Shown piece after piece: positions 57,540 to 64,000 of a DNA stretch of 64,000 nucleotides (positions within the stretch are counted from its first letter, which is position 1; each line of letters opens with the position of its first letter). Source of the stretch: Clostridiales bacterium (lineage in GTDB: Bacteria; Acidobacteriota; Aminicenantia; Aminicenantales; UBA8522); the NCBI GenBank assembly GCA_029907205.1, contig JARYMI010000016.1, positions 959-64,958 of the forward strand, read 5' to 3'. Both the position numbers and the translations under genes were made by a program. The notes below the pieces were generated by a model. It ran no database searches, was not told the DNA's origin, and saw only the letters and a program-made list of their open reading frames with translations.

Positions 57540-58300
57540 AAATCAAAGCGATCGCGCTCAACACGTTTAAGGAGGCGATCCGGGACCGCATCCTCTATCT
57601 CCTTTTCTTTTTTGCCGCCGTTTCCGTCATTTTTTCCCGGGTGCTGGCTGTCCTGACTGTCGGCGACCGGGTTAAGATCGTCAAGGATGTCGGCCTGGCC
57701 TCGATCTCTCTTTTCGGCGTCTTGATGGCCGTTATGATCGGCACGGGCCTGGTCTATAAGGAAATCGACAAAAAGACGATCTACACCCTTATTTCGAAGC
57801 CCATCCGCCGCTTCGAGTTTCTCTTGGGAAAATTCTTTGGCTTGGTCTTGACCCTGCTCATCATGACGTCCCTCATGAGCTTGATATTCCTCCTCACGGT
57901 CTTTTTTCACACCTTTAAGATTGAAGCCGGGCTTCTCTTGGCCGTCCTGTTTATTTTTATCGAGCTCATCCTCATCACGGCGGTGGCTATTCTCTTCTCC
58001 TGTTTCTCGACCCCGATCCTGAGCTCTCTTTTTTCCCTGTCTTTCTTTCTCATCGGGCATTTCTCCTGGAGCCTCGAAACTCTCATCCAGAAGACCAAGT
58101 CAGCGCCGCTGAAGCTCTTCATCCAGGCGCTCTATGCCCTCCTCCCAGACCTGGAGAATTTCAATTTCAAGACAGAAGTCGTCTACGGGTTGACGGTCCT
58201 TCCAAAATATTACCTTTTTTCCGCCCTCTACGGCCTGGCCTACACGGCTTTCATCCTGACGCTGGCCGTCCTCATCTTCAAGAGAAGGGATTTCGTCTGA
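57536..58300 (+). CDS. ABC-2 permease, PilI-like
   Basis: IALNTFKEAIRDR, KEIDKKTIYTL.SKP..R..FLLGK, LP.L..F, F.RRDF tail. Confidence 0.88.
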   Translation: MKIKAIALNTFKEAIRDRILYLLFFFAAVSVIFSRVLAVLTVGDRVKIVKDVGLASISLFGVLMAVMIGTGLVYKEIDKKTIYTLISKPIRRFEFLLGKFFGLVLTLLIMTSLMSLIFLLTVFFHTFKIEAGLLLAVLFIFIELILITAVAILFSCFSTPILSSLFSLSFFLIGHFSWSLETLIQKTKSAPLKLFIQALYALLPDLENFNFKTEVVYGLTVLPKYYLFSALYGLAYTAFILTLAVLIFKRRDFV

Positions 58301-59169
58301 TGCCCGTGAGAGCCGTATCGGCCCGCCGAAAGAGTTTCTCTGCAATCTTTATCTTTTTCTTCGCCGTCCTCTTGTTGGGCGGCATCATTGCGCTCAAGAT
58401 CGAAGTGGACAGGATTCCCCGGAAGAAAATCCCCGGCGCTTCCATCATCTACATTCCCTCCGGCAAGTACATGAAATACGCGACGTTCGGCTACTCCTCA
58501 GTCGTCGCAGACCTCGTCTATCTCTGGGCCATCCAGTATTACAGCACGCTCACCATTGTCGACCGGTATCAGAACCTCGAGCACATCTTCTCCATCATCG
58601 CGGAGCTCGACCCGCGCTACAAGGACCCGTACGAAGTCGGCGCCCTCATCGCGATATACGAAGCCAAGGATCTCGAACTTGGCTTAAGAATTCTGGACAT
58701 GGGCCTGGCCAAGAACCCGGGTGAGTGGATTTTCCCGTTCCAGGCCGGGCACTACGCTCAGCTGGCCAAGGACTTCGAGCTGGCCCGCAAGTATTACGAG
58801 AAAGCGATGAAAATCCCCGGTGCGCCCGACATCGCAAAAAGGCTCTATGCGGCGGCCAGCTTCAGGACAATGGACCTCAAAGCGTCCTGGGAAACCTGGC
58901 AGGAAATCTATGCGACCGCCACAGACCAGCGCGTCAAGGACATCGCCCTGAGGCATCTTTACCGTGTGAAATCGGCCATAGACATCGCCCTCCTCGAAGA
59001 AGCGATTGCCAGGTTCAAAGAGCGGTACGGCCGCAACCCTGAGGAACTAAAAGAGCTCGTGCGGGCGCGATTTCTGCCGTCCTTGCCCAAGGATCTGGAC
59101 GGAAAAGATTACGTCTACGACAAGGAGAAAGGAGAGCCAAGCGCTCCCACAATCTGGTGGAAAAAGTAA
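58300..59169 (+). CDS. PilG/XapA-like TPR protein with GspG-like C-terminal motif
   Basis: N-terminal TM, AD..YLWAIQY, LDP.Y, TPR-like helices, F...YGR.P..L.ELV...FL..LPKD..G..Y. Confidence 0.7.
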   Translation: MPVRAVSARRKSFSAIFIFFFAVLLLGGIIALKIEVDRIPRKKIPGASIIYIPSGKYMKYATFGYSSVVADLVYLWAIQYYSTLTIVDRYQNLEHIFSIIAELDPRYKDPYEVGALIAIYEAKDLELGLRILDMGLAKNPGEWIFPFQAGHYAQLAKDFELARKYYEKAMKIPGAPDIAKRLYAAASFRTMDLKASWETWQEIYATATDQRVKDIALRHLYRVKSAIDIALLEEAIARFKERYGRNPEELKELVRARFLPSLPKDLDGKDYVYDKEKGEPSAPTIWWKK

Positions 59170-59921
59170 TCATTATCCTATTCGGTTTAGCCTGGGGAAG
59201 CTTCCTCAACGTCGTCATCTATCGTCTTCCCCGCGGGCAGAGCCTCGTCCGGCCTCCTTCTTCCTGCCCCCGCTGCGGAAAAAGAATCAAAGCGCGCGAC
59301 AACATCCCCGTTCTTTCGTTCCTCCTTCTTAGGGGCAAGTGCCGGTCCTGCGGGGCGCGGATCTCTCTTGTTTACCCGGTGGTCGAAATCCTGACGGCGC
59401 TTTGCTTGCTTCTTCTCTACTATCAGCATTCGCTGAGCCTCCATTTTTTTGCGTCCTGCTTCTTTGCAAGTGCCCTTATCGTTCTCGGTTTTATCGATTA
59501 CTTCCACCAGATCCTTCCCGACGAGATCACTCTCCCGGGACTCGTGTTGGCTGTCCTCTACGCTTTCTTCCGGCCTGATCTGAGCCTGCGACAGGGGCTC
59601 ATCGGCGCGGTCGCCGGGGCATCTTTCTTGCTCCTCATCTACGCAGCCTACTATTTCCTCAGGAAAAAAGAAGGCCTGGGCATGGGCGACGTGACTATGA
59701 TGCTCTTTGTCGGCGCTTATTTAGGCTGGCTAAAGGCTTTCCTGACACTTATCCTGGCCTCTCTCGCGGGAGCGGTCGTCGGACTATTCCTTCTGTATTT
59801 CCGCAAAAAAGACCTCCACTACGCCCTTCCTTTCGGAACATTCCTCGCGCCGGCGGCCTTTTTCTCGCTTGTCTGGGGCGAAAGGCTTATCGCCGCCTAC
59901 CTCAGCCTTTTCCGACAGTAG
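59157..59921 (+). CDS. pilD: Prepilin peptidase/N-methyltransferase
   Basis: GSFLNVVIYRLP, S.CP.C, DNIP..S.L.LRG.CR.C, ID, GMGD, PFG.FL. Confidence 0.95.
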   Translation: MEKVIIILFGLAWGSFLNVVIYRLPRGQSLVRPPSSCPRCGKRIKARDNIPVLSFLLLRGKCRSCGARISLVYPVVEILTALCLLLLYYQHSLSLHFFASCFFASALIVLGFIDYFHQILPDEITLPGLVLAVLYAFFRPDLSLRQGLIGAVAGASFLLLIYAAYYFLRKKEGLGMGDVTMMLFVGAYLGWLKAFLTLILASLAGAVVGLFLLYFRKKDLHYALPFGTFLAPAAFFSLVWGERLIAAYLSLFRQ

Positions 59922-60015
59922 CCACCAACGACGGGGCCGGTCCTCTTTTGAGGACCGTTCACGGATTTGAATTTTCCCCCTGACTGTGATAATTGACAGA
60001 AGACAGGGTCTGCAG

Positions 60016-61824
60016 ATGTCTCAAGGAAGGACCGCGAGCCAGATCATCTTGGTCGTTTTCCTCCTTTCTCTGGGCTCTTCCCTTTTTATCAACCTCCCTG
60101 TCATCCATCAGCACTTCCTGTTCTCCGACCAGGCCGTTTATTACGCCATGACTCAGAGCATCGCCCACGACGGAGACTTGGAGTACACGAAAAAAGACCT
60201 CATCCGGTATTATGAAGATTTCATGGCCGGACCTCAGGGCATTTTCCTGAAAAAAGCCTCAAACGGCAAGCTCTTCTACGCCAAATCCTGGGCTTACTCG
60301 CTGTTCGCCGCTCCCTTTGTCAGGGTTTTCGGGTATAACGGCTTCCTCGTCTTTCATTCCCTCCTTTTTCTCCTCATCCTGCTCATGGGGTATGCCTACC
60401 TGTCGCTTTCCAACTCCCCGGTTTCCTCAATCGTCTACCTTCTCTCCTTTCTTTTCGCCTCTGTGGCCGGCGTTTATTTTCTCTGGATCACCCCTGATTT
60501 TTTCAACCTGGCCCTGGTCTTCGCCATTATTTTTCTCTGGCTCTACAAGATTAAACACGGCGAACTGCCGCCCGAGGAAAGGAGCCCCGTCCGCTCGGAT
60601 AATATCTTCCTGCGCTCCTGGACCGACTATGCGGCGGCGATTCTCATCGGTGTTGCGACTTTCTCCAAGCCGCCAAACATCGTCCTTATGGCTCCGCTCG
60701 TCGTTTTCGCCTTTGTTAGGAAAAGAATTGTCAAGGCGCTCGTCCTGAGCCTGGTTTTTGTCCTCACTCTCAGCCTCTTCTTCGGGATGAATTATCTCCT
60801 GACGTCCGAATGGAATTATCAGGGCGGCGAGCGAAAGACTTTTTTCTTCACTTTCCCTTTAGAAAGGAATGAATTCACTTTTGACAACCTGGGCCATACA
60901 ATGACCTCCGAGGGCTATTTCCAGGAGTTTCTGTTGCCGCCCCAGTTCATTTTCTTTAACATCTTCTACTATTTCTTCGGCCGGTACACGGGACTGACCT
61001 GGTATTTTTTTCCTGCTGTCCTGGCCCTTATTCTTTTCTTTTCTTCCTCTAGGCGTAGGCTCTGCGACTGGCTTGTCCTAGCCACGGCAGCGGGAGGCAT
61101 TCTGATTTACATCGTCTTCATGCCCGACAACTACAGCGGAGGCGGCGGCTCTCTGGCCAACCGCTATTTCCTCAACATCTACCCGCTTTTCCTCTTCCTT
61201 CCGCCCGGGGGAAAAAAACGCCGGGACATCATCCTCATCTGGGTCATGGCGGCTATTTTCATCTCGCAGATCCTTGTCAGCCCCTTCCGCTCTTCGGCTC
61301 AGCCAGCCACCCACGCCAAGAGGTTTCCGTTCAAAGCCCTGCCCGTAGAGATGACCCTGGTCAATAACCTCCCCACCAACACGAACCCGGATGCCTTTCG
61401 CGTGCACATCTGGCCGGATAAGCCTCAGCCGGCCAGGGAATTCCTCCACTTCCTGGACGACAACTTCTACCCCAGGCTTGAACCCACGGGCATCTGGACG
61501 CGGGGCGCAAAAACCTGCGAGCTGATCCTGAAAACCTATTATCCCCTTCGGGAAATAGGCGTCCGCGTGCTCAACAACCCGAGAGCCAACAACGAGATCA
61601 CAGTCAGGGTAGAGGGGCAAACCAAGAAGGTCGTCCTCCAGCCCATGCAGCGGGCAACGCTCAGCTTTCCCGTTGGGAACGGGTTTAAGGTTGAAGAACG
61701 TTACAACTACCGGATTAAAATCAAGGCAGCCAAAGGTTCCATCCCCTATTATGAAGACCAGGCCAGCAAGGAGAGGCGGTATTTGGGCGTCTTCTTTGAG
61801 CTCAACCTTGTCCCCAGAGAATAA
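60016..61824 (+). CDS. Multi-pass membrane protein, GT-C glycosyltransferase-like
   Basis: SDQ..YY.M..S...DGDL loop after TM1, SKPPN, GGG....RYF..YP, many TM helices, C-terminal soluble domain. Confidence 0.65.
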   Translation: MSQGRTASQIILVVFLLSLGSSLFINLPVIHQHFLFSDQAVYYAMTQSIAHDGDLEYTKKDLIRYYEDFMAGPQGIFLKKASNGKLFYAKSWAYSLFAAPFVRVFGYNGFLVFHSLLFLLILLMGYAYLSLSNSPVSSIVYLLSFLFASVAGVYFLWITPDFFNLALVFAIIFLWLYKIKHGELPPEERSPVRSDNIFLRSWTDYAAAILIGVATFSKPPNIVLMAPLVVFAFVRKRIVKALVLSLVFVLTLSLFFGMNYLLTSEWNYQGGERKTFFFTFPLERNEFTFDNLGHTMTSEGYFQEFLLPPQFIFFNIFYYFFGRYTGLTWYFFPAVLALILFFSSSRRRLCDWLVLATAAGGILIYIVFMPDNYSGGGGSLANRYFLNIYPLFLFLPPGGKKRRDIILIWVMAAIFISQILVSPFRSSAQPATHAKRFPFKALPVEMTLVNNLPTNTNPDAFRVHIWPDKPQPAREFLHFLDDNFYPRLEPTGIWTRGAKTCELILKTYYPLREIGVRVLNNPRANNEITVRVEGQTKKVVLQPMQRATLSFPVGNGFKVEERYNYRIKIKAAKGSIPYYEDQASKERRYLGVFFELNLVPRE

Positions 61825-63722
61825 TGTGCGGCATCTGCGGCATCGCCACAACTTCAAAGGCCGAGGCGGTATCCCCCGCTGTTTTGACATCGATGTGCCG
61901 GACGATTGTCCACCGCGGCCCTGACGATGAGGGAATTTATAAGGAAGAAACAGCGGGCCTGGCCGCCCGGCGGCTGAGCATCATCGACCTTGCCGGCGGC
62001 CATCAACCCCTGGCCAACGAGGACCGGACAATCTGGATCGCCCATAACGGCGAGGTGTACAATTTCCCGCAGTTGCGGGAGGCGCTGGCCGGACGCGGCC
62101 ACGTCTTCCGGACCCGCACAGATACAGAGACGATCGTCCACAGCTACGAAGAATGGGGTGAAGAATTTGTCCATAAGCTCAGGGGCATGTTCGCTTTTGC
62201 TATCTGGGACGGCCGAGAACGAAAGCTTCTTTTAGTGAGGGACAGGCTTGGCGTCAAACCCCTCTATTACACTCTCCTGGGCGACGGGACTCTCGTTTTC
62301 GGCTCAGAGCTCAAAGCCGTCATCGCCCATCCTCAGGTGCAAAGGGCCCTTGAGCCGAAAGCTCTGGACTTGTACCTGACTCTCGAGTACGTGCCGGCGC
62401 CTTTCAGCATGTTCAAAGACATCCACAAGCTTCCGGCCGGAAGCATCCTTGTTTACAAAGAAGGCCAGGCCGAAATCAAGAGCTATTGGGATGTTGTGGC
62501 GGCGCTGCCTAAAAAACGGGAGGTCACGGAAAAAGAGCTGCCGGCCATCATGGATGAGCTCTACGCTCTTCTCAAGGAATCGGTCCATCTGAGGCTCATC
62601 AGCGACGTGCCGCTGGGCGCTTTCCTGAGCGGCGGGATTGACTCCTCGACCATCGTCGGGCTGATGAGAGAGCTCGGCGCCTCGCCGCTCAAGACATTCT
62701 CCATCGGGTTTGAAGAGGTTTCCTATAACGAGCTTAAATATGCCCGCCGGGTCGCCGAAAGATTCGCCACCGACCACGAGGAATTCATCCTCGAGCCTCA
62801 GGCGCTTGAACTCACCGAGAAGCTCATCCGTCATTTAGATGAGCCGTTCGGCGATTTCTCCATCTTCCCCACCTATCTGGTCAGCCAGATGGCCCGCTCC
62901 CGGGTGAAGGTCATCCTCTCTGGAGACGGAGGGGACGAAGTCTTCGGCGGTTACGAACATTATCAAGCGCAAAAAATCGCCGGCTCTAAGGCTGTTAAAA
63001 CAGCCGGGCGCCCCCTCTCTCGCTTGATCAACACCTTCCCGCCCTCGAGCAAGAAAAAAGGTTTCTGGAATAAGCTCCAGAGATACCTCCTTGGGCTCGA
63101 ACAGGACCCAAGGCTCAGGCATTTACGGTGGATGACCTTCCTCTCCTCCCGGGACAAGGGCAGACTCTACACGGACGACTTGAAAACTCGATTGGGCGGG
63201 CTGGAAGAGATGACTGAGCTTTCCCCGTTTCGCGAAATTTTTGCCGCACTTCCCTCCTTCGACCCGATAAACGGGGAGCTTTATCTTGACCTCAAGACCT
63301 ACCTGGCTGACGACATCATGGTCAAAGTGGACAGGATGAGCATGGCCGCCTCCCTTGAAGCCAGAGAGCCTCTTTTAGACCATAAACTCGTCGAGTTTGC
63401 TTTCAGCCTGCCGGGCGGGCTCAAGCTCAACGGGCTCAAAACGAAATGGGTATTCAAGAAAACAATGGAGAGGCTTCTCCCGCGGGAGAATATCTACCGG
63501 CCCAAGGAGGGGTTCAGCATCCCGATCAAGCACTGGCTACGGCACGAGCTCAAGGATATGCTTCTCGACTATCTGAGCGAAAAGAGAATCAAGGAGCAAG
63601 GTCTGTTCAACTATGGCCCCGTCAAGAAAATGATCGACGGCCACCTCACCGGACGGAAAAACTGGAGTCACCAGCTCTGGGCTCTCCTCGTCTTTGAAGT
63701 CTGGCGCGAGAATTACCTGTAA
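61824..63722 (+). CDS. asnB: Asparagine synthase (glutamine-hydrolysing)-family amidotransferase
   Basis: MCGI, HRGPD, RLSIID, NGE.YN, DR.G.KPLYY, LSGGIDSS, SGDGGDE.FGGY, KVDR.SMA.SLE.R.P.LD. Confidence 0.93.
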   Translation: MCGICGIATTSKAEAVSPAVLTSMCRTIVHRGPDDEGIYKEETAGLAARRLSIIDLAGGHQPLANEDRTIWIAHNGEVYNFPQLREALAGRGHVFRTRTDTETIVHSYEEWGEEFVHKLRGMFAFAIWDGRERKLLLVRDRLGVKPLYYTLLGDGTLVFGSELKAVIAHPQVQRALEPKALDLYLTLEYVPAPFSMFKDIHKLPAGSILVYKEGQAEIKSYWDVVAALPKKREVTEKELPAIMDELYALLKESVHLRLISDVPLGAFLSGGIDSSTIVGLMRELGASPLKTFSIGFEEVSYNELKYARRVAERFATDHEEFILEPQALELTEKLIRHLDEPFGDFSIFPTYLVSQMARSRVKVILSGDGGDEVFGGYEHYQAQKIAGSKAVKTAGRPLSRLINTFPPSSKKKGFWNKLQRYLLGLEQDPRLRHLRWMTFLSSRDKGRLYTDDLKTRLGGLEEMTELSPFREIFAALPSFDPINGELYLDLKTYLADDIMVKVDRMSMAASLEAREPLLDHKLVEFAFSLPGGLKLNGLKTKWVFKKTMERLLPRENIYRPKEGFSIPIKHWLRHELKDMLLDYLSEKRIKEQGLFNYGPVKKMIDGHLTGRKNWSHQLWALLVFEVWRENYL

Positions 63723-63787
63723 AACAGTCTTCAGTTGAAGAAGCCATGCTTCGCCGGGTTTTAGGTTTCAAGATATAAACAAACACC

Positions 63788-63929
63788 GAGCACCCGACGG
63801 GTCCTGTCTCGGTTCACCCCCGGCGAACGCTCGCGATCGACACTGTTGATTTCTGTTTCAAAGAGTCTGCGGCATCAAGCGCTCGGTCCGGCGGGGGGCC
63901 CCCGAACCGTGCCACCCATCGGGCGCTTC
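63788..63929. repeat. GC-rich palindrome C
   Basis: gagcacccgacgggt pairs with acccatcgggcgctt; cggttc/gaaccg; shares CCGTGCCACCC with palindrome B. Confidence 0.65.
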
Positions 63930-64000
63930 CGTTGAGAGATTTGATCATTATCCTTTGCCTTTCTTGGAGGAGCTGATTTTCTCGATGACAAGAACTTCCT

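Overview
A gene-dense, moderately GC-rich bacterial window with about 55 CDS and no recognisable rRNA, tRNA or CRISPR array. Gene content (secreted peptidases, Ser/Thr kinase-TPR genes, class III RNR, pilGHI-like/pilD) suggests an anaerobic proteolytic diderm, possibly Aminicenantia/Acidobacteriota (inference only). Main loci: MlrC-like and M20 peptidases; divergent mgtE/corA; GHKL ATPase; LolCDE/MacB-like ABC operon; ydbH/ydbL-like pair; tricorn protease; nrdD-redoxin-nrdG-dut with tandem NrdR boxes; MFS, amidase, PGI; sugar ABC plus GHMP kinase; M64 peptidase, agmatinase, MEMO1; tandem ferritin-like protein; pilH/I/G-like-pilD-GT-C-asnB. The most striking unexplained signal is a family of ~26-bp repeats (consensus AATTGGGGACAGCATACRTAATTACC, 9 copies, all in the first 22.5 kb). 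They occur as inverted pairs bracketing either nothing (82 bp), a short MITE-like core (154 bp) or whole genes. One pair also encloses a collapsed HUH (RAYT/IS200-like) transposase relic and has tandem micro-duplications at its outer ends. Other leads are candidate 'SDS' leader peptides before both Mg2+ transporters, an orphan strong promoter (candidate sRNA), a second family of GC-rich palindromes and two eroded kinase-TPR genes. All product calls come from motif recognition by eye, without database searches.
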